This document shows, piece after piece, positions 39,030 through 51,429 of a stretch of 64,000 nucleotides of DNA. Each line of letters starts with the position of its first letter. The stretch's first letter is position 1. Made by a program: the position numbers and the translations under genes. The notes below the pieces were generated by a model. It was not told the origin of the DNA. It saw nothing but the letters and a program-made list of their open reading frames with translations, and searched no databases. This DNA comes from Eledone cirrhosa (Eukaryota): NCBI GenBank assembly GCA_964016885.1, contig OZ024741.1, forward strand, positions 200,136,001 through 200,200,000. The letters run 5' to 3'.

Positions 39030-40430
39030 GCGTTAATCTATTGGGGATGTGAGTGTCACAACAAGGGAGGAAACTCCTGCTACAGTTCCGTGATCAGTAC
39101 TACAGTGGAGAAAGTCCCCACCTTCACTGCTCCACACTGCACAACTTGGTAAATATAGCTCCTTCCACCTTTGAGAAGCATCGTGACCGAAAGTACCTCC
39201 GGTCGCTACCAGACGACAAACCCACCATCCCTGACAATGTCCTTCCGTCACCCTTAAACAGTGTCCTACAGAACTAATCCCTATGTTCACGAAACTGTTC
39301 AATTTCTCCCTCTTGACAATCATTCATCCTTATCTTTCAAAACACACTAGAGTGTGTCCCATTCCCAAGAAGTACAAAGCCTCTGATCCTGACATACCGC
39401 ACTCACCTTCAATACCGTCAATTAATAATAGCATTCTCCAAACGTTGAATCTCTCCTTTAACGACCACTAATATGGATTCTGTGCATTGGATAGAATACT
39501 TTGCGGTATTCGTTCTGACTCTCTGCATTTTGAGTTCAACTTCCACCGAAGTCAACTTTGCCGTTTATCTTTTCGAGGTCGAGAAAGCAAGTACCAGTCT
39601 GGTACTGGAATCACTTCTTCCTCTATATCTCTTTATTCTTTCCTCTCTTTCTCCTTCTCTGGAAGAGATGCCCAAGACATACCCTGTGTCACTACGGCGT
39701 CCCTACAACCCCATCAGGATTTACGGGTCCATACATACATAAATGGATTCTGTATAGCTTGATCTCCTGGAGACCTATTTATATCACTCACCAATAGTCT
39801 CTCACTCAAAACGTTTGGTGACAACAATGTTCTAAATATCAGCAAAACTTTTGACTATGTTGGGTATGTGAATTTTAACTGTCCACCTATGGGCTTCATC
39901 TGTCTATCATCTTTTGCATCAATTGCTTCCTACCAGATCGTATTGTCGACTTTGGCCTGCTCTAGGTTTCAATTTTGTCCCTTAAACTCTTCCTTTTCCA
40001 CAGTAATGACCTACTAACGTCATGCCCAACAACATTCATTTTTATGCAGATTATCCTTCATTCTTCTATAACCTCCCCCAAAGCAAATATCATCTACATG
40101 TGGGACCTAAGTTATCGACCTCCTCGTGGCAGTCCCTGGAAACTGATCACTGATCTCTGATCTCAATTAGGAAAACAACAACAACCTGAGACAGCAACAG
40201 TCTCATACACAAGAAGATCTACATGTAATCTGGACACCTCCCGTCAAGCTTGCACTATTTCATAAACAGAGACCTCGAAAGATTCCTCCAATAAGGTCGT
40301 GTCACCTCGTCTCTTCCAACAGTACAAGACCCCCTCCCCACCCCAAAAAACAACAACAATGCTTGTTTCAAGAAGATATCATCACATCACATTCTCCTTC
40401 AACAAGAACCTCATACAACCAGAGTCCTCG
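39030..40430 (+). pseudogene. Highly degenerate CR1/Jockey-like LINE RT fragment, interrupted by a SINE (39484-39743)
   Basis: FTKLFNFSL..VCPIPKK..SDP and LFLFHSNDLL remnants; SINE flanked by ATGGATTCTGT duplication at 39473 and 39744. Confidence 0.6.
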
Positions 40431-40547
40431 CGATGACTTCAAATCATAGACTTCACTATCACTAAATATCTCTCATGCCGAACGCACATCCTTAACAACT
40501 CAAAGACTGATTTGGTGTGAGTGTGTGTATATGTGTGTGGATGTGGG

Positions 40548-40658
<111 letters not shown>

Positions 40659-40955
40659 GTGAGAAGAAGTATAGTTGAGAAGTGTCGAAGTGAATGGGTT
40701 TGTATTGGGCGAAGGCTGACAGGGATGGGCTGTTGATAGTGACCGAAAAATGATAGAAGTATCAGTAAAAATGAGTTCAAAACCCGCTCAACTTTGCATT
40801 TCATCCTTTCGAGGTCGATAAAAAAACCACCAGTCGAGTGCTGGTGTCGATTTTCCTATATGGATCTCTCCTCTAGAAGAAATCGGCACACATACATACA
40901 TACATACATACATACATACATACATACATACATACATACATACATACATACATAC

Positions 40956-42304
40956 ATGCTCGACTGGACGATAGACGAAATCCGAGTAATTGATGTTAAA
41001 ACTCGAAAAATTCTAAACAATACCGGAAACTTCCACATAACAGTGACATAAACCACCTCTACTTGAAAAGTAAGCAGGAAGGCAGAGGGTTAACATCAGT
41101 CCAGACAGAATTTGAATGTCGCATCATATCCCTCTGACAACATTTACGAACCTCGAAATGTAGGAGCCCATCTATTGAGCAAGTATATCTGCATGAGACA
41201 GATAAGATCATAAGAGTTGGGAAGGAACTCCTTGAAAGATACTCCTTGCATGGATGAAAAACTGCATGCTTATCAGCAAAAAATCATGCATATATATGTT
41301 GCCAGGAAGCTCCAGAGTGAGAGTAATATAGATAAGCAAAGTAGTCTATCTTGGACCAACACGCATTATATTGGCTCCCACTTTGAAGGATATGATTTTG
41401 CAATCCAAGAACAGGAATCAACACAAAATACCTGATTCACAAAAGAGATAGGGATGCAGGCAAAACACCTAGATGCGACAACAAATGCAGACTCTGCAGA
41501 ATTAACATCAAAGATGTCACCCATGTCATCAGCAGCTGTCCAAAGATGTCATCGCGGTACTATCTACCTATGAGGTATGATGTAGTGGCCAAAACACTCT
41601 ACAATACAATCCGTAGAAAAGATAGCCCCGATAATAAACAAATTAAAAGTTACAGCAATGTGGAAGACATACATATACATGATATGAAAGAGTACTGGTG
41701 AAATGTTCCAATCAAAACCCCAATAAAATGCAAACATAACAGACCAGATATAATGATATGGGACAGGGAAAAGAAAGCATGCACATTAGTGGAAGTTAGC
41801 TGCCCAGCAGATGCCAATATAATATTAAAGATTAGTGAAAAGGAGAATATTTATGCAGAACTAATGAAAAATTTGCAGATACTCCACCCTGAATATACCT
41901 TCAGATTTATACCTGTGGTTATTGGGGCACTGGGATATGTTAGTAACTGCCTTAGTACAAATCTTGAGAAGCTGGGCTTCACAGAAATAGAAAGAACACA
42001 ACTAGTTAGGAAATTACAATTACAATCCATTAATGGAACAGTAAAAATATGTAAAACATTCCCAAAATTCTGCATCTAATAACTACATATCACATGTACA
42101 GGTACAAAGCATATGCACATGCACACAAATAATTCAAAACATACACATCCACACATACATTAACATCCATACTTGCACACACATGCATACATATCTACCT
42201 AGTTGATATTGTGTAAATTCCAATGAGAGAGTCTTGTATCTATGTTAGAAACCGACTCTCTCTCTCTATTGGTAAACATTTATAAAATTATAAAACCAGA
42301 AGAA
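40956..42304 (+). mobile_element. 5'-truncated R4/Dong-like LINE, family A copy 2, after (ACAT)n
   Basis: Colinear with ~3693-5104 with the same 3' end (AAACCAGAAGAA|CATACA); stops and an internal deletion near 41250. Confidence 0.92.
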
Positions 42305-42309
42305 CATAC

Positions 42310-42615
42310 ATATGGCTTCAAACTCCGCTAAGAGTACTGCAATCGGTTGGTGCACTTTTAGTCTACAGCCAACCACACGAACCTGTAACATATCTTGAAC
42401 AAGCAATGCCTGTGCTTTGAAGGTTTTTTAAGTGGGGAAATGCCTTGCACTCGACCAATCCCACTCTCTGACCATCGAAAACACTACCCGAAAAGGAGAA
42501 CTGGTCAACATCATCGGATGCTTCCGAAGCCACGGTTTTTTTTTTTTTTTTTTTTCAGAGTTTCCCTCTCATAGAAAGGTGTTGTGACAACAACTGAGGG
42601 CCTTTCACCCACCAG
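42310..42615 (-). mobile_element. Short non-autonomous RTE-derived element
   Basis: GCAATGCCTGTGC..CCAATCCCACTCTCTGA..TCAACATCATCGG shared with 31660-31780. Confidence 0.7.
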
Positions 42616-43458
42616 GTGAAAAGAAAAAAAAAGTAAAGCATCAAGATTGCTGTATAAGTCAATCTGTCAATTCGTCTGTGGTAGGCGTCTGTGTTATATT
42701 GTTTCTGAATTAGAAATATTTATTTAGTTTACAAGTAGAAATGCTTTTTCGACATTGATCTAGCCATTGTTATATTTCTCCGCGATGATGTACCTGTTAT
42801 TTCATCTCCGTGTCCCAGAATAATTACTATAGTTAGGACACTTCTAGGATTCTATTTAACTATTTTTTCCTGTTTAACTCTCGAAAGTTGAGTGTTATCA
42901 GTCTTGTCAAAAACTTGGCAACTCACAATGCGCTTTTGTTTTTCAAATTATTGTATGATCCATCGTGTCAAAGAATTTTTTTTTATTTCAAGTCATGTGT
43001 GGACTTTAGTTGTGGTTTTATGATGGTGATCAGAAACAACGATGTATATTTTGTTCTAAAGCGCTCACTTTACTTCTATCCATCCAACACATGCAAATAA
43101 TGGCCTAGAACCGTTACTAGCCAAATGCATTTTAAAACACTGTTAAAACACTGTTAAAACGCTGTTAAAACACTGCCCAGATTAGAATTTACACTCGAAA
43201 ACAAACCTATTTTAGAAGCATCTTGTCATGTCGCTACAAGGATAACGAAAGGCTTCGGTCATTAAGAGCAGGTCAATAGTTCAAAGAATGGTATGCTCTT
43301 CCACACATCTTCCATGGCTTCCCACAATTGTTCTTTTGAGTTGTATTGAAGCCTTTTATTGAGACATAGCAAACATTCTGCGGTTGTTATTATCGTTCTT
43401 TTTGTTTACTTCAACTTTTTGAGACGCTAAGCTTTCAAATGACTTTTTCTCTCACTAA

Positions 43459-43767
43459 CAGGGCCGGATTTAGACCTTGGGGTCACTTCAGTTTGTGTGT
43501 GTGAGGGGGGGGGGTCATATATAAAAAGATTAGAATACACAGCAAACCCCCAATTTTACATTTCAAAGTCAGTTTGGCGCAAGTAATTGGAATCGAAAAG
43601 TTATACAAGTATTAAATTTAAAAAAATCTAACCATCCTAAAACTAAATAGCCTAGCAGAGGACACAAATAAATTGCTACGGCCGTCGCTAGTTGCCCCCA
43701 CCCCACCACCACCACTGCAGGGGCCTCAGGGATTTGCCCCCTTTGCACCCCATTACATCCGTCCTTG
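43459..43767. mobile_element. hAT-like MITE
   Basis: TIRs CAGGGCCGGATTTA / TACATCCGTCCTTG; 8-bp TSD CTCACTAA (43451-43458) / CTCACAAA (43768-43775). Confidence 0.7.
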
Positions 43768-43884
43768 CTCACAAATATAATAACTGACCATGATATGCGC
43801 CACAAACAGTTTTGCACAAATAATTTTTGCCGTCGGTATTTTCGACGTAAACATTTTTCTTGAAATCCTTTTTATATCAGGTTT

Positions 43885-44095
43885 ATGACAGAATTGGTAG
43901 AACATCGGATACATTCCATTGTGGTGTTTGTTCTGCCTCTTTAAAATCTGAGCTCAAACCCCACCAAGGTCAACTTTGCCTTTCTTCCTTCTGAGATCGA
44001 TAAAATAAAAAAATCAGACACGCACTGAGCAAGGTTTAATCAACTTTGCTCTTTCTTCAAATTTGCTGGCCATGTGTCTAAATTAGAAATCAATA
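43885..44095 (+). mobile_element. SINE family I
   Basis: Head, central domain and AAATTTGCTGGCC..AAATTAGAAA tail. Confidence 0.75.
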
Positions 44096-45804
44096 TTACT
44101 TATTAATATGACTGCTAACCAGTTCTGACAATTCAGTGAATCCCTTAATGTTTGGAGTGAAAGTCTGAAGAAATACACATAGGTTTTTATGTGTAACGGT
44201 GCAAGTATTCGTGCTTGTTTGTATGTTAGGGTGTAATTGTATGCTTTCATATATATGAGCACACTATCTCCTGATGCGCCAGACTTACAATACTTCGTTA
44301 TCTTAACCATATCTACATATGTGATGCATTGATGTGATGTTCTTATCCACCTTCCAGTTCACCCCTATCCACACACAATGCTTTAATCTGTCATTGTAGT
44401 TGTATGTCTGTGTGGTTCTTTGGGATATTGTTTCTATCTACCTCACTTCGTTAATTTATCATCCTAGATGTATCTCTGTATGTAGTTATTGTACCTATCT
44501 AACAATGTTTTTCTCCTCTTCTTTCTGACCTCCGAGGCTTCTCATCCTCTCACACCACCCCGTTTGCTTAGCCTATCAAGTCTTTCTCTCAAATCAGATC
44601 TTCAACTTCGGATTTTTCCTCATTTTCTCACTCATATGCAAAGAGCAAGAGTAACGAAACGATAAGTAACTTTCTCATTGTTCTAACCTCTATATTGACT
44701 GATTTTATCGATGCTGACCATCACCAGTTTCCAAGAAACCCCAAAGCCATTTAGAAATTATTTGACGTGATACGTATTAACAAAGTATCGAACAATAAAC
44801 ATATGGAAGTACAGATATTTTTGTTTCCTACTAATTCATTATTAATAACGTTGAATTTAGTTAAAATTTGAGCGATATTGGAGATTAGCGGACTAAATTA
44901 ATTACTAAATATTTTCATTATCGAATGTTTTCGTTTATTTTTTTTTTAATAATGCAACTATTACTGAATATGTTCCTTCTTTAAATATAAACATATGTAA
45001 TTATTCAAGAATTTTGTTAATCCTGCTAGCTCTCATGTACACACACATGCGCACACACCCACGCACACACGCACACACACACACACACACACGCACACAC
45101 ACGCACGCACACACACGCACGCTCACACACAGTCACGCACATGCTCACACACGCATATGCTCACACACGCACGCACACACACCAACGCGCTCACACACAT
45201 ACACACATATACACATTTGCTCGCAAAACGTACACACACATATCTGCGTGCATGCACACATATATACACGCAAGACATCGATCACTTTGGGGTTTGATGC
45301 TAATGGAAATTTGAGGTTTACAGAAGAGCTATTTGATAGTTACTGGAAAACATTTCAATGGAGATAGCACAATGACACATAAGAATATGGTGCTGGTCGA
45401 GTATTTCAAACATTCTTGCTGTTATATGTGAGCAATATGTTCTTTAATTGTTTATTTATACCATTGAGCTGTTCTTTTTAAACTAAAAATATAACTTCTT
45501 TCTTTTTTTTAAAATAATAATAAGAATATTGTTTTATTATATCGAAATAAACAATATACATGAAATTACATTATAGCCAAGTTCATATTTTCCCCCAAAC
45601 AAATATGTTGACAATATAGATAGCTTGAATTACAAACACAAATGCCATAGCTGACAAAACTCAGCATGTACACACATATATCTATTATTTAATTTCATAA
45701 ATATTTCACATGAAAATCTAGAATCAAAATGAAAGAGAATATTAAGTCAACACGATGTGTGCCAATCGGTTACACACCAAAAGGGTACAGGAGCTTCCCT
45801 CTAA

Positions 45805-45948
45805 TACTATTTAAGGCAAACCAACACACTGGCAGTGTTGCTGCGGGTGATAGCTTTGAACAACCAAGCAGCCTGATGGGCATCACCTGACGCCTCGGTA
45901 AGGTAAGCCGCCAACGATGACAAGAACTTTGTTATCAGCGGGCCAGGC
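45805..45948 (-). mobile_element. 3' fragment of a CRE-like RLE retrotransposon
   Basis: Manual translation PGPLITKFLSSLAAYLTEASGDAHQAAWLFKAITRSNTASVLVCLK* resembles the GP...FL..L...SGD.R...WL.QR..A.QRGNA.S C-terminus of that clade. Confidence 0.55.
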
Positions 45949-46773
45949 TGGAAAAAATAGTTTGTCTATAATTCCAGTTTATAACAGGAAACTACTTTAT
46001 TTTGATACCCATTGATTTGCTATATTCTGTGTAGATATAAAATTAAATTCAATGTTCCATCGTGTCCCCCTCGCCATCCTTCAGAGTAACGTCTTCTCCA
46101 TTCTCTCCGCTGGGACCAAGAGGCGGGCAACCCTTAAACAGTGAGATATTAAAATACTTATTTCGTGCAGTGTAAAAGATACCATTATTCTGTGTGACTT
46201 AGTATCTATCGTTCTCTTTTTAGTCTAGTAAATAAAATGACACATGATGCTGTTGTCATATCATTTGACACTTCAGTATTATTAATTATATTTGAAAAAG
46301 CTAAAGAGGGAAGTACCCAAAGAATAAAACTTCGTTAATGAAAGCATTAGATGATTTATTTGTTACGATAATATCCTATATCTCCAACACTTTTTGAAAT
46401 GCCAGTATTTTATTGCCGAATTGGGAATTATTTATATCTAAAAACCAGTAGTTAAAATGTTGGCAGCTCACCACTGGATACAGATGATGGTTGTGATTAT
46501 AGTCTGTGAAGGTGTGAACACGCAAATAGGGTTGTTTAAGGATAATATAGAAAAGCATTTGGCTAGGATCTTCAGAAGCAAGAGATGGCATGAATGATAG
46601 ATTCATATATTGACTTGTTTCTTGGTTATAACAGTGTTCTTGGGGATGAATGTTCATAGTTAAGAATACATTAAGAGATCAAATAGTCACTTAGCTCATC
46701 TCTGATGGACCCATCAGTGTACAACGAGCACAAATCCTTGATTATACTGTATATCAAGTTATTAAAACCCATT

Positions 46774-46832
<59 letters not shown>

Positions 46833-46956
46833 ACACACACACACACATATATATATATAACCAGGATTAAATTACATTAAATTATTTGATTTACAAACGT
46901 TTCTATCAATACAGTAGGAAGATATATTTCCACTGTATTGATTTCTAATATACAAT

Positions 46957-46993
<37 letters not shown>

Positions 46994-47406
46994 CACATAC
47001 ATACATACATATACACATACATATATATACAAATACATATATATACACATACATATATATATACATACATTTATATATAAATAATATATACAAATAAACA
47101 CACATACACACACATACATATATACATAAATACATATGTTTATACATAATCATTCACTATTTTACTACTTTCAGTCGTTGAACTACGGCCATGCTGGAAC
47201 ACCACCCTCAAAGGCTTTAAGTAACCACAGCATCAGCAGCACATTTTCAGTCCCTTATTTTATCGATTTTATTGATCGAATGGCTAATTTCATTATTTCA
47301 TTTTTTTTTTTTTTACGTAAGGGGCTGAAACTGGACACACCGGTTTACATTAACACGCACACGCACGCACACACACACACATTATAGTATGCATTGTTTA
47401 TGTATA

Positions 47407-47452
<46 letters not shown>

Positions 47453-47453
<1 letters not shown>

Positions 47454-47655
47454 GTAGGTCCCGGGTTGAGTCGGGGATAACCACAGTAAGTAAGGTACTC
47501 AATACATGGCAGAGTAAAATTTTTTTATTTTATAGAAGGAGCTTCTACAGGACTAGTACTGTTTCATTCAGATGAAATCTTCAGGAAGCTTCAGGGGCTT
47601 CCTGAAGATTTCATCTGAATGAAACAGTACTAGTCCTGTAGAAGCTCCTTCTATA
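47453..47655. mobile_element. PLE terminal-repeat-like element with a 59-bp-arm perfect palindrome, in (AT)n
   Basis: Arms 47531-47589 and 47597-47655; each arm contains a hammerhead motif; AATAAA follows the minus-strand copy. Confidence 0.8.
47597..47645 (+). ncRNA. Type I hammerhead ribozyme motif (mirror copy on the minus strand, 47541-47589)
   Basis: GCTTC-CTGAAGA-T TTCA TC TGAA T-GAAA-CAG TACTAGTC CTG-TA^-GAAGC; the base of stem II is non-canonical. Confidence 0.7.
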
Positions 47656-47771
47656 TATATATATATACATACATACATATATATACATATATATATATAT
47701 ATATAAATATATATATGTATATATATGTATGTGTATATATATAAATATATATATGTATATATATGTATGTG

Positions 47772-47832
<61 letters not shown>

Positions 47833-47905
47833 TACTCATATTTCTGCAATAGAACTAGTAAGTAGAATTAATTGGAATTTTCGGTGTCCATCATCGGATC
47901 ACAAA

Positions 47906-48089
47906 TAGGGCCGGATTAAGTTTGCATGGGACCACTGACTTAAAATCTCATCGGGGCACTAACATATAATTTATGGGAGTCAATATGTATATATATATAT
48001 ATATTCGGCTCTTTAAACATACTGAAGCCCCTGACTGTAGCCCATTCTGTTACACTCCTACCCTACACCACTCGCTTAATCCACCACTG
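47906..48089. mobile_element. hAT-like MITE, degenerate
   Basis: Ends TAGGGCCGGATTAAG / CTTAATCCACCACTG; left end resembles 43459. Confidence 0.45.
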
Positions 48090-48419
48090 GTCCTGAATCT
48101 TACTGACTGAATGGGGTTAGTTGATCACTCCACTACTCAGAAGGATGAAAGTGAAATTTGCCTTCGATAAGATTTGAACCCAAGACATATGGAACTATAA
48201 ATATGTGTTGCAAGTCATTTTGATCAACGATTTAACCATTTTGCCAATCTATCTACACTGTATATGCATGCATGCATACATGCACACAGACACGCACGCA
48301 TACAAACACACACATACATATTCATACGCACTTACATACAAATGTACACATATACATAGACATATAGATACATACATATTTGCACTCACGCATACATATA
48401 TGCACATCTATGCACGCAT

Positions 48420-48523
<104 letters not shown>

Positions 48524-50907
48524 TAATGTGTGTATAGATGTGCAGATATGCATATATGTATATAGGGAAAGAAATGTGTGAGTGGATGTAATATGATGTT
48601 TGTAAATATGTGTCTATGTACACTCATATTGACATATAGATGTGAGTTTGTGCGTACGAGCGTGTAAGTGTGTGTGTGTGCACGTTTATGTGTATGCGTG
48701 CGTACGTGTTTTCATTCGAATGAAAGTATAATTTCTTGAATATTGAAATATCCTTTTATATTTCGAATAGGCTTCGTAGTTTAGTTATGTATAGAATAAA
48801 CAGAGTTGGTTTCGGGGCAAAAGGCAAGTTATAAAGAATGATGACATCATTACTTTAGCAATCAATGAATACATCTAGTTTATCCAACTTATACTGTTCT
48901 AAGAATCTCTGAAATAATGATTTATTATTTTGATGTGGGAAATCTCCTCGTATTTATCCATCGCATTTATCTATCTATATATAGATATATTTATTAATTT
49001 ACGAAATCACTTCTTCACCATCACATATTGACAGTTTTACTATCCCGATCTCTTCATCAAGCAATAAATTCCCTTTCTCTTCTCTCACTCTAAGCATCTA
49101 TTCAGTTCTTTTCCTATTTTCCAGCACCATCACTGATTAATACCTTCTTTCTATCTTTGTGGTATTCTGTTGTTGTTTTTCTTTTCTTCACCCCACACAC
49201 CCCCACTTATTCCTTCTTTCCTTTCTTTTTTCGTCGACACTAATTTTTTCTTTCTCTCATCGTACAAAGTAACCCACAACCGTCAATATTGTATTGTTAT
49301 TCGTCGTGAGATAGAAAGAGCAGCAAAGAAGGAAAGAGATGGATAACAATTGAATAGAGTAACATGAAAAAATGAAAAAGAAACAATGACAGACGTTAAG
49401 AAAAACTACATCTGCGAGAATCTGTCACATCAAGGTGACGGCGACAGCAGCAGAAATAACGCTGAAAGTAAAGCTGATGGAGGCGACCAAGTGGACAGGA
49501 TCAGATATAACCAAACTATACAGTACCATATGTTTCACTAAAACAAGCTTAAAAAGCTTATATTTTGAATTTGTTTCATCGGATTGAGATTCGATTGCTG
49601 TAATAATTTAAAATCATTCTAAAATAGTGACATTTAAAAAAATAAAAAAAATTTTAAAATCTGCGAAAGCGAAAAACTGCGTGTTGCTTAAGGCGTCCAC
49701 GCAAATAAAACAGCAAAATGATTTATTAGATACAGCATGGACATATAAACTTTCACTTTCCAATGGATTCACTGTTCATTTATCTCAGTTCTTTCAAACA
49801 GAAACTACTTTAGCTGTTTACAATTATATTTAAACTTAGATGAATGATGATCGATTTATAGAATCCACACTTAACACCACCATTGGCACATACTAAATAT
49901 ATTGAAATAAAAAGGAATCAGTTTCGTTTATTGCTTTTATTATAATTTTCTCTTTCGGGGTTTTTTTTCTTAATGGAATGACAGACAAAATAATGCTAAG
50001 AAATTCCTATCGATTTCAGCTCGCTAACAGATGGAAAGCAATATTCATCGTTTTCCTTACTGCACTTAACGCGAGCAGATGTGTTTATGGTTAGATTTGC
50101 AAACAAACAGATGGTTTATGTAAATGTCGAACTTAAAATAATCGGTAACTGGTACCTACCTTGAACCTGGCCGTAAACCTCAAAATCCACTGAAAGCAGA
50201 CTGCCTGCCATGACTCCAGGTAAACGTATCCGCCTTACATCTCTGCAGGGCAGCGAGAGGGCTCACTTAAACGACGAGAGGTATTGTAATGTGGTAAACT
50301 TTGCGCGAAAAAAAAATCGTACGTTTGTTGATATGCGCGGATGGTTTAATCGGAAAGCCAATGGCAAAACGAGGGTTCGACCAACTGCTCGCTACAGAGG
50401 TGGGCGTCGTCTAGGGGACACTACTCTCAGCATTCGAACAATTGGCCAACCTCTACACAACGTCCCAGAAACGTCGTCGGCGAAGTTCGTGTGGGAGGAT
50501 TTCCACCTTAGTTGACCATATGCCGGCAATGATACAGTTCCACAGGCGGTGATGCTTCTTGATGCTGATCATTGATTTTTTTTTTTTGTTTTTGTTTTTA
50601 TTTTTATTTTATCGTGCTACGAGTAATTCGTTTTTAAACAAATTTTTATAATACAAACATATTTGTATTATAATACATTTCTTTCGCATTTATACTGAAT
50701 ACTAAAAAAGAAAAGAAAAAAAAGAGGAGGTATGGGGGGGGGGGGCAGGCATACTCAATCACAATGACACAGTACACGAGGCCCGGGAGATTCCCCTGTA
50801 ATAATTTTTTAGGCAAGCTAACACACTCGCAGCATTGTTCTAAAATATTTACACCCAAGTGAAATATATTTTTTTTCAATTGATAAAGTTTATTGATTAT
50901 ATTTAGA

Positions 50908-50956
<49 letters not shown>

Positions 50957-50989
50957 ATAGATGTAAATATCACCAACCTAAACCTATAC

Positions 50990-51070
50990 CATCGCTACCC
51001 CAATGATACAAGCCCGTACTATGTGGAAGAACGCTCTCTGGCGGACAGAACCCCAGGCCCAGGCAGCCTC
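50990..51070 (-). CDS. Candidate 81-nt exon
   Basis: GC-rich island with TTTTTGAACCAG acceptor and ATG|GTATAG donor; length is a multiple of 3; two open frames. Confidence 0.3.
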
Positions 51071-51429
51071 CTGGTTCAAAAATTAGTTATACATGAATAG
51101 AAATGAACAACCAATAAAGAAATATATAATTTTATAACAAAATAAAATGTTGTGGTAGCAGTGATTGTACCACCTGTCCTTCACAGATTCGACTATTTCT
51201 ATCAGTATATCACAGGTGCTCATGTTTATGCGTGGATGGAAACAAAGACATATTGTCACACAAAGGGTTATCAAGTGTCACATGATTATATGTCCATATG
51301 GTCAATTTCGTTAGGGAAGTCACTCCATCTTTGGAGATCAAACAACTGGGCAACTAACGATATTCTTCAGATGCACTCAACACCGCATTTGAATATTTAA
51401 CATTTTATTTTATTTTATTTTTAACGATC

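Noticed and set aside
46050-46135. GC-rich patch as an exon (also 55474-55565 and 49400-49530)
   Set aside because: No convincing acceptor and donor pair, and no recognisable peptide.
50200-50570. Possible Tc1/mariner transposase remnant
   Set aside because: Only faint similarity; no DDE motif or TIRs could be established.
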